From: Spirochaetota bacterium
Lineage (GTDB): Bacteria > Spirochaetota > UBA4802 > UBA5550
Direction: 5' to 3'
Length of the DNA stretch: 64,000 nt
Assembly: GCA_963663865.1 (NCBI GenBank)
Contig: OY760686.1
Coordinates: 1,632,001-1,696,000, forward strand
Shown: positions 52,388 through 61,583 of the stretch, in pieces
Position numbering within the stretch: the first letter of the stretch is position 1
Layout: the number at the start of each line of letters is the position of its first letter
The notes under the pieces: generated by a model
What the model saw: the letters and a program-made list of their open reading frames with translations, nothing else
What the model was told of the DNA's origin: nothing
The model's database searches: none
Made by a program: the position numbers and the translations under genes

Positions 52388-53461
52388 ATGTCCTATAAAA
52401 TACCCTCTCTTCCTCATTCTGGCGATATCGAAACGGTTTCAGTGCTGAAAAAAGCAGCTTCAGCACATCGTTATCTGGCAGAACTAAAAGGCCTCTCCCG
52501 CAGTATTCCAAATCAGGGAATTTTGATTAATACCCTGTCGCTCCAGGAGGCAAAAGACAGCTCTGCCATTGAAAATATTATAACTACCCATGATGAACTT
52601 TACAGGGAAGAGCTTTTTCCTGAATACGCTGTCAATGCCTCCGCCAAGGAGGTCAGAAATTATGTAAGTGCGCTGAAAACAGGTTTTGAACTGGTTAAAA
52701 AAGATAACCTGTTTACAAATAATCACATTCTCATTATTCAGTCAGAGCTTGAAAAAAACAGGGCAGGTTTTCGGAAACTTCCAGGGACAGAATTGAAAAA
52801 TGAACAGACAGGCCAAATCGTTTACACGCCGCCCCAGATAGCTGATGAAATTATTAAGCTCATGGGCAACCTTGAACAATTTATTAATGATGATTCTCTG
52901 AGTTCTCTTGACCCGCTTATAAAAATGGCGCTTATACATCACCAGTTTGAAAGCATCCATCCGTTTTATGACGCGAACGGGCGCACAGGGAGGATTATTA
53001 ATGTTTTGTATCTTGTGTTGAAAGGTCTCCTTGATATACCGGTGTTATATCTGAGCCGTTATCTGGTTCATAATAAATCTGCATATTATAATAATCTACA
53101 AAGAGTACGCGATACGGGCGACTGGGAATCATGGATTATGTATATGCTTGATGGGGTGGAAACAACTTCGCGCAAGACTATTTATATGGTAGAGCAGATT
53201 GGTATAGCCCTCAGTCAGTATAAACATGGAATCAGAGGGTCATGTAAATTCTATAGTCAGGATCTTATTAACAATCTGTTTTTTCACCCGTACACAAAAA
53301 TTGAATTTCTGCAAAAAGCTCTCAAAATATCAAGGCTGACTGCGGCTAAGTATCTTGAAATCCTTGTATCAGAGGGGTATCTTCAAAAAGAAAAAATCGG
53401 TAAATCAAATTATTATATCAACAAAGCATTGTTTGAAATACTGACAAAAGGGAATATATAA
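52388..53461 (+). CDS. Fic family protein (Fic_N/DUF4172 plus Fic plus C-terminal HTH)
   Basis: SSAIEN inhibitory motif, HPFYDANGRTGR; TAATG coupling to the next gene. Confidence 0.9.
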   Translation: MSYKIPSLPHSGDIETVSVLKKAASAHRYLAELKGLSRSIPNQGILINTLSLQEAKDSSAIENIITTHDELYREELFPEYAVNASAKEVRNYVSALKTGFELVKKDNLFTNNHILIIQSELEKNRAGFRKLPGTELKNEQTGQIVYTPPQIADEIIKLMGNLEQFINDDSLSSLDPLIKMALIHHQFESIHPFYDANGRTGRIINVLYLVLKGLLDIPVLYLSRYLVHNKSAYYNNLQRVRDTGDWESWIMYMLDGVETTSRKTIYMVEQIGIALSQYKHGIRGSCKFYSQDLINNLFFHPYTKIEFLQKALKISRLTAAKYLEILVSEGYLQKEKIGKSNYYINKALFEILTKGNI

Positions 53462-55971
53462 TGAGTAGAGATTTCTTTCCGCAAAGGCCCGCGGCAAATC
53501 CAAAAATCTATGCCTATGAAGATACCAATCCGCAATACACCGGTCTTCTCAAGGTAGGTTATACTACTATCGATGTTCAGGCCCGCGTTAAACAGCAGTA
53601 TCCCACTCTACGTCCCGGCGACCTGCCGTACAAAATCGTGCTTGAAATATCCGCAATGCGGAATGACGGAACTGTATTCAACGATCATGATGTTCATCGG
53701 TTTTTAAGGAAAAAAGGTATTAGAAATCCTGAAGGTGAATGGTTCAAGTGTTCAGTCGATGATGTTATTGCGGCGATTATTTCAATAAAAACCGGAATGA
53801 TAATTGAAGATAATCGTACTCTGGATTTCAAAATGCGCCCTGAACAGGCTGCGGCCGTGGAAAAAGCGGCATTATATTTCAAGAGTTTCAGAAAAGAAAA
53901 TCCTGAAAAAACACCTCACTTCCTGTGGAATGCTAAAATGCGCTTTGGTAAAACCTTTGCAGCATATCAACTCGCAAGAAGAATGAAATGGAAAAGACTG
54001 CTGGTTTTGACTTTTAAACCCGCGGTGCAAAACGCCTGGGAAGAAGATATTAAGAGTCATATTGATTTTAAAGGGTGGCAGTTCATTTCCCGTAATGGAA
54101 TGAGCTATGAAGAAATTGATAAAACCAGGCCCTATGTCTGTTTCGGTTCATTTCAGGATTATCTTGGGAGAAACAATGCCGGCGGAATAAAAGCAAAGAA
54201 TGAATGGGTACACACGACAAAGTGGGATTGTGTAGTCCTTGATGAATATCACTATGGAGCCTGGAGAGAAAACGCCAGAGATTTATTTGAGGCCGAAGAA
54301 AACAGAGAAGAAAAATTCGGCAAAGGAGAAGGAATAGAATTATTTGATGAAGCAATTATGCCTATTACAACAGGTGCATATCTATATCTTTCGGGTACCC
54401 CTTTTAGAGCAATAACTTCAGGTGAATTTATTGAAGAACAAATATATAACTGGACCTACTCTGATGAACAGAGGGCAAAAGAGGAATGGGTTGGTAATGA
54501 CAATCCCTATGTTTCATTGCCGAGAATGGTTATGATGACATATCAGCTTCCTGATTCTATTCGGGAAATAGCGATGAAGGGGGAGTATGATGAATTTGAT
54601 TTGAATACTTTTTTTTCTGCTGAAGGTCAGGGGGATGATGCGAAATTTCTATTCAAGGACGAAGTCCAGAAGTGGCTTGATTTGATCAGAGGTTCATTTC
54701 TTGAAACATCAGTCGATAATCTTAAACTGGGAGCAAAAAAGCCACCACTTCCATTTTCAGATACGCGTCTGTTGAATGTTTTGTCACACACATTCTGGTT
54801 TTTACCGAGCGTACCTTCCTGCCATGCCATGAAGAATTTGCTGTCAGAGAAACAGAACAGCTTTTATCATGATTATAAAGTGATTGTAGCCGCCGGTCCC
54901 GGTGCGGGTATAGGCGTAAATGCCTTACCGCCGGTATTAGACCAGATGGAAAATCCGCTGGAATCAAAATCAGTTACTCTTTCCTGCGGAAAGCTGACTA
55001 CTGGCATTTCTGTTAAACCCTGGACAGGAATCTTCATGCTTCGAAATACTTCAAGCCCGGAAACATATTTTCAAGCCGCATTTCGTGTGCAGACTCCATG
55101 GACTGTCAAAAACCCGGACAGCATATCGCCGAACAAAGAAGAAATAATCAAAAAAGAATGCTATGTTTTTGATTTCGCGCCCGACAGGGCATTAAGACAG
55201 ATTGCAGAATACAGCTGTCGTCTTAACGTGGATGAGTCAAACCCTGAGAATAAAGTTAAGGAGTTTATCAGCTTTCTCCCTGTGTTGGCCTACGATGGCA
55301 GTTCTATGAAAAGAATTGACGCGGCTGGTATTTTAGACATGGCCATGAGCGGTACAACAGCGACATTGCTCGCAAGACGATGGGAAAGCGCGTTGCTGGT
55401 AAATGTGGACAATGATACACTTCAACGTCTTATGAAGAATGAAGCAGCAATGAAAGCCTTGATGAATATTGAAGGGTTTAGGAACCTCAATCAGGATATT
55501 GAAACAATAATCAATAAATCTGAATCGATCAAAAAGATAAAAAATACTGCGAATGAAAGGGATTTATCTGATAAAGAAAAGAAACATCTCAGCGATGAGG
55601 AAAGGGAGTATAAAAATTTAAGGAAGCAGATCCAGGAGAAGCTTATTAAATTCGCAACCCGGATTCCAGTTTTTATGTATCTGACTGATTATCGTGAACA
55701 GACTCTAAAGGATGTTATAACACAGCTTGAGCCGGGACTTTTTAAAAAAGTAACCGGAATTACCGTCAAAGATTTTGAATTGCTAGTAAGTCTTGGAGTT
55801 TTCAACAGCGCCTTGATGAACGATGCTGTTTATAAATTCAAAAGATATGAGGATTCAAGTCTGTCTTACACCGGCATTAATAAACATGAGGATGAAAATA
55901 TTGGTCTTTATGATACTGTAATTAGTCCAATTGAATTTATTTCGGCTTATGGGAAAGTTGCGGATAGTTAA
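53461..55971 (+). CDS. GIY-YIG/T5orf172 nuclease fused to SF2 helicase (restriction subunit)
   Basis: IYAY...KVGYT...R...EWF; AKMRFGKT, DEYH, LSGTP, Q..FR. Confidence 0.85.
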   Translation: MSRDFFPQRPAANPKIYAYEDTNPQYTGLLKVGYTTIDVQARVKQQYPTLRPGDLPYKIVLEISAMRNDGTVFNDHDVHRFLRKKGIRNPEGEWFKCSVDDVIAAIISIKTGMIIEDNRTLDFKMRPEQAAAVEKAALYFKSFRKENPEKTPHFLWNAKMRFGKTFAAYQLARRMKWKRLLVLTFKPAVQNAWEEDIKSHIDFKGWQFISRNGMSYEEIDKTRPYVCFGSFQDYLGRNNAGGIKAKNEWVHTTKWDCVVLDEYHYGAWRENARDLFEAEENREEKFGKGEGIELFDEAIMPITTGAYLYLSGTPFRAITSGEFIEEQIYNWTYSDEQRAKEEWVGNDNPYVSLPRMVMMTYQLPDSIREIAMKGEYDEFDLNTFFSAEGQGDDAKFLFKDEVQKWLDLIRGSFLETSVDNLKLGAKKPPLPFSDTRLLNVLSHTFWFLPSVPSCHAMKNLLSEKQNSFYHDYKVIVAAGPGAGIGVNALPPVLDQMENPLESKSVTLSCGKLTTGISVKPWTGIFMLRNTSSPETYFQAAFRVQTPWTVKNPDSISPNKEEIIKKECYVFDFAPDRALRQIAEYSCRLNVDESNPENKVKEFISFLPVLAYDGSSMKRIDAAGILDMAMSGTTATLLARRWESALLVNVDNDTLQRLMKNEAAMKALMNIEGFRNLNQDIETIINKSESIKKIKNTANERDLSDKEKKHLSDEEREYKNLRKQIQEKLIKFATRIPVFMYLTDYREQTLKDVITQLEPGLFKKVTGITVKDFELLVSLGVFNSALMNDAVYKFKRYEDSSLSYTGINKHEDENIGLYDTVISPIEFISAYGKVADS

Positions 55972-56151
55972 ACATTTTCTGAATTACTTGCAAGTTTAAT
56001 TGACTGGTAAGGGGGGGGCTGGGTTTTTCCGGCGGTTCGCATAACAGGGAGAAACCTGTACCCTGCTTGAGTTATAGGCAATATCGCGCCAGGGCAGAAA
56101 GAAAAAGATAGATTGATAATGCGGAAGATATTAAAATCCCCACGCCCCAGG

Positions 56152-56174
56152 AAGCCCGGCGTTCATGCCGGGCT
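56152..56174. repeat. GC-rich palindrome, IS200/IS605-end-like or REP-like
   Basis: AGCCCGGCG-TTCA-TGCCGGGCT. Confidence 0.4.
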
Positions 56175-56188
56175 GAAGAGAAGGAAAA

Positions 56189-56436
56189 ATGTATTATAAA
56201 TGGCAAAGACAAAAGCAGCACCGAAAAAAAGGTTCGGAGAAAACGTCGGAGAAAACGTCGGAGAAAATCATCAAAGCGATTCTTTTAGACCCTCAGATCA
56301 CAATAGCCGAACTTGCCAATATAACCGGCGTTACCACCCGTTCAGTTGAAAGAAATATTGGTTCGCTCAGGAAAGCAGGGCGGTTAACGCGGAATGGACC
56401 GATAAGGGCGGACACTGGGAGGTAATAGTTGATTAA
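56189..56436 (+). pseudogene. Frameshifted winged-HTH fragment (C-terminus of Fic/RecG-like proteins)
   Basis: (T/G)SEK x3, PQITIAELA..TGVTTRSVERNI..L; expected G-P-DKGGHWEVI tail lies in another frame from about 56400. Confidence 0.65.
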
Positions 56437-56700
56437 ATTAACTGAAGAAAAACTTGAACAGGCCAGGACCAGATGGCAATGCTTTTCGGAAATTCCGAAT
56501 AACCACTCTATGAGTCTAACCCGTATAATACGGACAGAGGGTTAAGCCGAAAATATTAATATTGAGGTTTAATATGGTTCCGCTTAGCTTCACCCAGATT
56601 ATGTTTCACTGCGTTTCGCAGTTACTTCATATAGCCGTGAAATGTCAGATGAAGCAACATAGTCACCATCAGCTTCATCCCGCGCATAAGGAGGTCAGCC

Positions 56701-57525
56701 ATGAAGATAAAAAAAGCGAATGTTGCCGGAATGTTCTATCCTGCCGATCCTGATGAGCTTCGTCTGATAATACGCAGATTTCATGCGGCAGTTGAACTCC
56801 CGTTATTCCAGGGGCACATCCTCGGGATAATTTCACCTCATGCCGGATACATATATTCCGGGCAGGTTGCCGCGTACGGCTACAGGGCGCTTGAAAAAGA
56901 ACTGCCCGAAACGGTGATAATCCTGGCGCCTTCGCACAGGGCCAGGTTTGGGGGAGCGGCCCTGATCAGCGAGGGGAGCTATGAGACACCGCTCGGTATC
57001 GTGGAAATTGATGATGTCATCGGCAAGAGGCTGGCGTCCGAGAGGTTTTTTACTGATATTCCGGAGGTGTTTAATATGGAACACTCACTTGAGGTGCAGA
57101 TACCTTTCATTCAGTACAGCTTTCCGGAGTGCAGAATAGTACCTGTTATAATCGGGACCACTGATATCGATATCTGCTCTGCGATTGGAAACGCGGTCCA
57201 TGAAGCTTCTGCCTCGGTGAAAGGACATACGGCGATAGTCATGTCTACAGATCTGTCCCATTATCATGGGTATGATACAGCCGTAAGCATGGACCAGAGG
57301 GCGATCAGGGCCATTGAGCGCTGTGACCCGGAGTTTCTGCAAAACACCCTGGCTTCGGGAGCAGCTGAGGCGTGCGGCGAGGGGCCCCTTGCTGCCGGTT
57401 TAAGCGCCTGCAGTAAATCGGGCAACACGGAAGTCCATGTCCTGAAATACGCCAATTCGGGAGATACTGCAGGCGACAGGTCGCAGGTTGTCGGATACGT
57501 TTCAGCCGTTGTGACGGGAGAGTGA
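56701..57525 (+). CDS. amrB: AmmeMemoRadiSam system protein B (MEMO1 family)
   Basis: VAGMFYP, PHAGYIYSG, PSH, EHSLEVQ.PF, STDLSHY, ACG, VVGY. Confidence 0.92.
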   Translation: MKIKKANVAGMFYPADPDELRLIIRRFHAAVELPLFQGHILGIISPHAGYIYSGQVAAYGYRALEKELPETVIILAPSHRARFGGAALISEGSYETPLGIVEIDDVIGKRLASERFFTDIPEVFNMEHSLEVQIPFIQYSFPECRIVPVIIGTTDIDICSAIGNAVHEASASVKGHTAIVMSTDLSHYHGYDTAVSMDQRAIRAIERCDPEFLQNTLASGAAEACGEGPLAAGLSACSKSGNTEVHVLKYANSGDTAGDRSQVVGYVSAVVTGE

Positions 57526-58040
57526 GGAGCAGGGTTTTTTGGGGCAGGGAGCCTGCCATCCATCTTCACGCTGAGAGCGTGGACATTTTTCTGTGCGGAG
57601 CGCACGGGCATTTCTTTCGCCACTTTTTTGTCGCGCCACAAAAAATTCATCTGTTTTCTATAGCAGGGAGCCTGCCGGCTGTTTTTCACGCTGAGAGCGT
57701 GAGACCTTTTTCTTCGCCCCTTTCGTCCGGGTTTTTTGCCGTAGGCTTTAACTCGCTCAGCTTCGCGACTCGCATTTTTGGCAGGGAGCCTGCCGTTCTT
57801 TTTCACACTGGGAGTGTGAGACCCTTTTCTTCGTCACTTTCGTCCGGGCGAAAGTGACCAAAGCCCGCGCCTCAGGCGCCGGCGGGGCTTAGCTATTGTG
57901 GGTACAAGGCTATTTCAACGCCGGTATCATCATCCTGATGAACCGGCGCCCGGGCGATTTGCGTCCATGCAAATCGTACTGGTTGGGTTGTTGAAGTAGT
58001 GTGTCTGAAACCCCTTCAATCCGCTATAATGTTTGAAGCG
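57526..58040 (+). repeat. Composite hairpin repeat element, copy A
   Basis: GGCAGGGAGCCTGCC-type module at 57543, 57662, 57780 plus 90-nt core 57910-57999. Confidence 0.85.
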
Positions 58041-58045
58041 TGCCT

Positions 58046-58531
58046 TTATTTTGCTGTGCTGTGCGACGAACCAATACCAGTGATAAGCTCATTGATTTTT
58101 ATCCTGAGCTCAGTTATCTGATGCAGCGACAGCCCTGTTCCGCAGATAAGCTTTTCAGGTATCGCGGCAGCCTGTTGCTTCAGTTCGGCGCCTTTCGCAG
58201 TCAGGCTGACTATGACCCGTCTTTCGTCTGCGGTGTCCCGTCTGCGTTCGATAAGTCCCGATGATTCGAGCTTTTTCAGCAGCGGGGTGAGCGTTCCGGA
58301 GTCGAGGATTAGCCTTTCCCCGATTTCGCTTACACTGAGGCTGCTGCTCTCCCATAGCACAAGCATGGTTATATACTGAGGATAGGTGAGGCCCAATTCG
58401 TTGAGCAGGGGCCTGTACCTGGCAGTGATGATCCTCGATGCCGCGTAAAGTGAGAAGCATAGCTGATTGTCAAGCTTCAGCGCATCATCGCTGCGCAGGT
58501 CTTTATTTTCCAAGCAGTTTTCTGATGTCAT
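58046..58531 (-). CDS. ohrR: OhrR-type MarR regulator
   Basis: LDNQLCFSLYAASR, LTYPQY, LDSGTLTPLLKKLE, DER.V. Confidence 0.88.
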   Translation of the reverse strand: MTSENCLENKDLRSDDALKLDNQLCFSLYAASRIITARYRPLLNELGLTYPQYITMLVLWESSSLSVSEIGERLILDSGTLTPLLKKLESSGLIERRRDTADERRVIVSLTAKGAELKQQAAAIPEKLICGTGLSLHQITELRIKINELITGIGSSHSTAK

Positions 58532-58991
58532 TTTCAATCCTTTCCGGTCTTGTTGACGGAGCATATCTTTTGATGACATTACCGTCTCTATCAACCAGGA
58601 ATTTTGTGAAGTTCCACTTGATTCTCTTTGCGAGAAAGCCGCGTGCGTTATTCTTTAAGTAAACGTAGAGAGGGTGTGTTTCCTTTCCGTTTACGTTTAT
58701 CTTGCTGAAGAGCGGGAAGCTCACATTGTAATTCAATTGGCAGAAAGATTTAATATCTTCCTCTGTGCCGGGTTCCTGTTTTAGAAAGTCATTTGAAGGA
58801 GAACCAAGTACCTTGAACCCATCCTCTGCATATTTTCTGTGAAGAGCTTCAAGACCCTCGTATTGTGGTGTTAAGCCGCATTTGCTTGCCGTATTTACGA
58901 TCAGGAGGACATCACCACGGAACTGTTCCATCTGAATCAGGTTTCCGTCAATTGTCCTTATGTTTATCCTGTAAAAATTGTCTTTGTTCAT
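58503..58991 (-). CDS. Glutathione peroxidase family (Cys-type)
   Basis: NTASKCGLTPQY, QEP, FC..NY, KWNFTKFL. Confidence 0.93.
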   Translation of the reverse strand: MNKDNFYRINIRTIDGNLIQMEQFRGDVLLIVNTASKCGLTPQYEGLEALHRKYAEDGFKVLGSPSNDFLKQEPGTEEDIKSFCQLNYNVSFPLFSKINVNGKETHPLYVYLKNNARGFLAKRIKWNFTKFLVDRDGNVIKRYAPSTRPERIENDIRKLLGK

Positions 58992-59008
58992 AAAAGCCTC
59001 GTGTAAAA

Positions 59009-59028
59009 TTATATTGAGTACAATATAA
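59009..59028. promoter_or_regulatory. Candidate OhrR operator
   Basis: TTATATTG-AGTA-CAATATAA inverted repeat just upstream of the gpx start. Confidence 0.6.
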
Positions 59029-59150
59029 ATATCCATTCCATCCTCGTCAATATAAAATATCTTAAATGTTAAATTAATCAGTTATTGCAGTTGACAAAAG
59101 ATGGCATAAGGTAATAAAAAGTAGCGAAATGTAACAAGAGAGAGGCAGGC

Positions 59151-59606
59151 ATGACACTTTTAACAGTTGATGCGGTTGCAGAAATTCTTTCGGTCCATAC
59201 GCGGACTGTCAGACGGTATATCAAGGAAAAAAGGCTGTCGGCGCAGAAGGTCGGCGGTCAGTGGAGGGTGACTCCGGATTCCCTGAAGCTGTTTATGGGC
59301 ATTGACAGCTTTGAGGAGATAGCAAACAGAAATCATTCTGAAGAAAGAAATATTAAGTTCAGTCATGATTTCAGCTCTGTGGAGAGAATAACGGTTTCTG
59401 CAGTTGTTGATGTTCTGGTCAGATCAAGGGATGAAGCTGACAGAATCTCCGCTACAGTACTGGCTGCAATTCAGTGCAGAGAGGGCTCCGGCGGAGCAAG
59501 ATGCGACTGCATATTTCATGAGTATGAGGGAAAACTCAGATTTATGCTCTGGGGTACTCCTGATTTTATCAGCAGAATGATGCAGAGCCTTGAAGTAATA
59601 GTGTAA
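59151..59606 (+). CDS. Excisionase-like HTH_17 DNA-binding domain protein
   Basis: LTV..VAE.L.VH..TVRRYI...L.A.KVG.QWR. Confidence 0.8.
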   Translation: MTLLTVDAVAEILSVHTRTVRRYIKEKRLSAQKVGGQWRVTPDSLKLFMGIDSFEEIANRNHSEERNIKFSHDFSSVERITVSAVVDVLVRSRDEADRISATVLAAIQCREGSGGARCDCIFHEYEGKLRFMLWGTPDFISRMMQSLEVIV

Positions 59607-59635
59607 AAGTGAAATTAGTATACAGAGGAAGGTGT

Positions 59636-60484
59636 ATGAAAACTGGTCCATTTTTTAGAAGTGAAATGTACAAAAATGCAATATTTGAACGCTATGATTC
59701 GGTTCTTGCCGGTTGGATTAAGGCGGAGCGGATGAATGTATCAACACGTTTCGGTAATACGCATGTTATAGCCTCCGGCACCAGAGATAAAACGCCCCTT
59801 GTCCTGCTGCACGGTTCGGCATCAAATTCATCAGTGTGGACTGGAGAACTGAAAGCGCTTGAAGCTGATTTCACGGTGTACGCGATCGACATACCGGGGG
59901 AAGCCGGAAGGAGTGAAGAAGTCAGGCCGGCTTTGAATGATGACAGCTTTATCGAGTGGATGGAAGATGTCTATAAAGGACTGGAGATTAAAAATGCCGT
60001 AGTTTGCGGAGTTTCTCTCGGGGGCTGGATTGCCGTTAAATGGGCTTCCAGTCACAGTGAGTGTGTATCAGGTCTTGTCCTTGTTTCAACGGGCGGTGTT
60101 GTTAATCCTAAAGGGTTATTTCTTCTGAAAGCGGTATTCCATGCTTTAAGAGGACGGAAGGGGGCCGACGGATTTATGAAAATGCTTTTTGGAAAAATGG
60201 AAATTGATGAAGAAGTCCGTGATTACTTCAGGCTCATGGCGGAGGGGTTTTCTCCGAGGACCGGTTCAATCCCTCTTTTCAGTAATGAATTACTGGCCCG
60301 GCTGAATATGCCGGTCCTGTATATTGGAGGCGCGGATGATGAATTCTACGACAGCAGGAAGGCGGCTTCCCGCCTGACAGAAATTGTTTCACATGCACAG
60401 ACAATAATACTGGAAAATACAGGACATGTCGTAACAGGGATTGGTGAGATGATTAAGGACTTTGACCGGGGTGTGTTGCAGTAG
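59636..60484 (+). CDS. Alpha/beta hydrolase (carboxylesterase-like)
   Basis: LLHGS, D..G..G.S, GVSLGG, D and GH catalytic positions. Confidence 0.88.
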   Translation: MKTGPFFRSEMYKNAIFERYDSVLAGWIKAERMNVSTRFGNTHVIASGTRDKTPLVLLHGSASNSSVWTGELKALEADFTVYAIDIPGEAGRSEEVRPALNDDSFIEWMEDVYKGLEIKNAVVCGVSLGGWIAVKWASSHSECVSGLVLVSTGGVVNPKGLFLLKAVFHALRGRKGADGFMKMLFGKMEIDEEVRDYFRLMAEGFSPRTGSIPLFSNELLARLNMPVLYIGGADDEFYDSRKAASRLTEIVSHAQTIILENTGHVVTGIGEMIKDFDRGVLQ

Positions 60485-61215
60485 GGTTTAACTCGCTCAG
60501 CTGCGCTGTGCGACTTGCATTTTGGCAGGGTGCCTGCCTGTCATTTTTCACACTGGGAGTGTGAGACCTTTTTCTTCGTCACTTTCGTCCGGGGTGTGTT
60601 GCCGTGGGCTTTAACTCGCTCAGCTGTGCGACACGCTTTTCTTCTGGCAGGGAGCCTGCCGTCAATTTTCACGCTGAGAACGTGGTACATCTTTTGCCGC
60701 TTTTTGACCGGCCAAAAAGCGGCGGTAAAAAGCCGTTCCTCAGGCGCCGGAAGGGCTTGACTTTTTACTGTTACCAAACTATTGCAGCGCCGTTATCATC
60801 ATCCTGATGAAACGGCACCCAGGCGATTTGCGTCCATGCAAATCGCACTGGTTGCATTGTTGAAGCAGTGTGCCTGCAGTTTTTTAATTCCGCCATTATG
60901 TTACAGCCAGCCATAGGACATCCATGTCCTGAGAATTAGTTACTGTGAAATATTCCGAGGAGTGACAGCTTTATTATGTCAGGCTCCTTCGGAGCCGGAA
61001 GGCGCAGCGTCCTGCTGCGCTTGAGTGATTATGCATTTTGGACATATTACGTTATCATATTGATTTAACAGGCATTAGGTTTTGGCACCCGGTAGAGCCG
61101 CCCAATTTGGGCGGCTCTACCTCATCGTGACACAGTCCCCCGGGGGTGGCAAGAGGAGGAGAGCCGAAGGACGTAACTTGCCGGCAGAGGCAGGGTCGCT
61201 TCGCACAAAAAAACG
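60459..61215 (+). repeat. Composite hairpin repeat element, copy B
   Basis: Modules at 60524 and 60646, core 60779-60868, REP palindrome 61091-61121; 60599-60902 closely matches 61996-62298. Confidence 0.85.
61091..61121. repeat. GTAG-type REP palindrome, copy 1
   Basis: GGTAGAGCCGCCCAA-T-TTGGGCGGCTCTACC perfect 15-1-15. Confidence 0.85.
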
Positions 61216-61340
61216 GAGTAGAATATGTTCAAAGGGGAAGACCTCAGCACGAAACTTTTTTATAAAAGAAAATTGGTGAAGAAAAAGTCTTGAATATTAT
61301 ACTGATAATGGAAAAGCTATTTAAGAATATGGAGAATTTG

Positions 61341-61583
61341 ATGCCAACTATATTTGAGTGGAATGGATACAGGTTTTTTTTCTTTTCAAATGAGGGAACT
61401 CCTCTTGAACCGGCTCATGTACATGTCAGAAATGGTTCGAATATTGCGAAATTCTGGCTGATTCCTGAAGTTAAAGTTGCAAAATCATGGGGACTCACTT
61501 CCAGAGAATTAAATACGCTTGAATTAATTGTAGAAGAAAATAAAAATTTGATTATGGAGAAATGGAATGAATTCTTCAATTGA
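61341..61583 (+). CDS. DUF4160 family protein (putative TA toxin)
   Basis: MPTI....GYRFFFFSNE...EP.HVHV....AKFW. Confidence 0.85.
   Translation: MPTIFEWNGYRFFFFSNEGTPLEPAHVHVRNGSNIAKFWLIPEVKVAKSWGLTSRELNTLELIVEENKNLIMEKWNEFFN

Noticed and set aside
56039-56077. attC-like GCATAAC...GTTATAG
   Set aside because: Only ~39 bp, shorter than known attC sites, single copy, no clear L boxes
57543-57820. CRISPR array (regularly spaced palindromic repeats)
   Set aside because: Period of ~120 bp is too long, the intervening sequences are homologous to each other rather than unique spacers, and no cas genes are present
59151-59606. Prophage or ICE excisionase
   Set aside because: The HTH_17 domain is fused to a C-terminal domain and paired with a hydrolase, with no integrase or phage genes; more likely a regulator
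60795-60816. Hammerhead ribozyme or C/D box suggested by CTGATGA...AAAC in the repeat core
   Set aside because: TGATGA pairs with the upstream TCATCA in a simple hairpin; there is no stem II between CUGAUGA and GAAA
60484-60910. Integron attC sites (GTTTAAC right after a stop codon)
   Set aside because: No complementary GTTRRRY box at a suitable distance, the elements are far longer than attC, and there is no intI in the window
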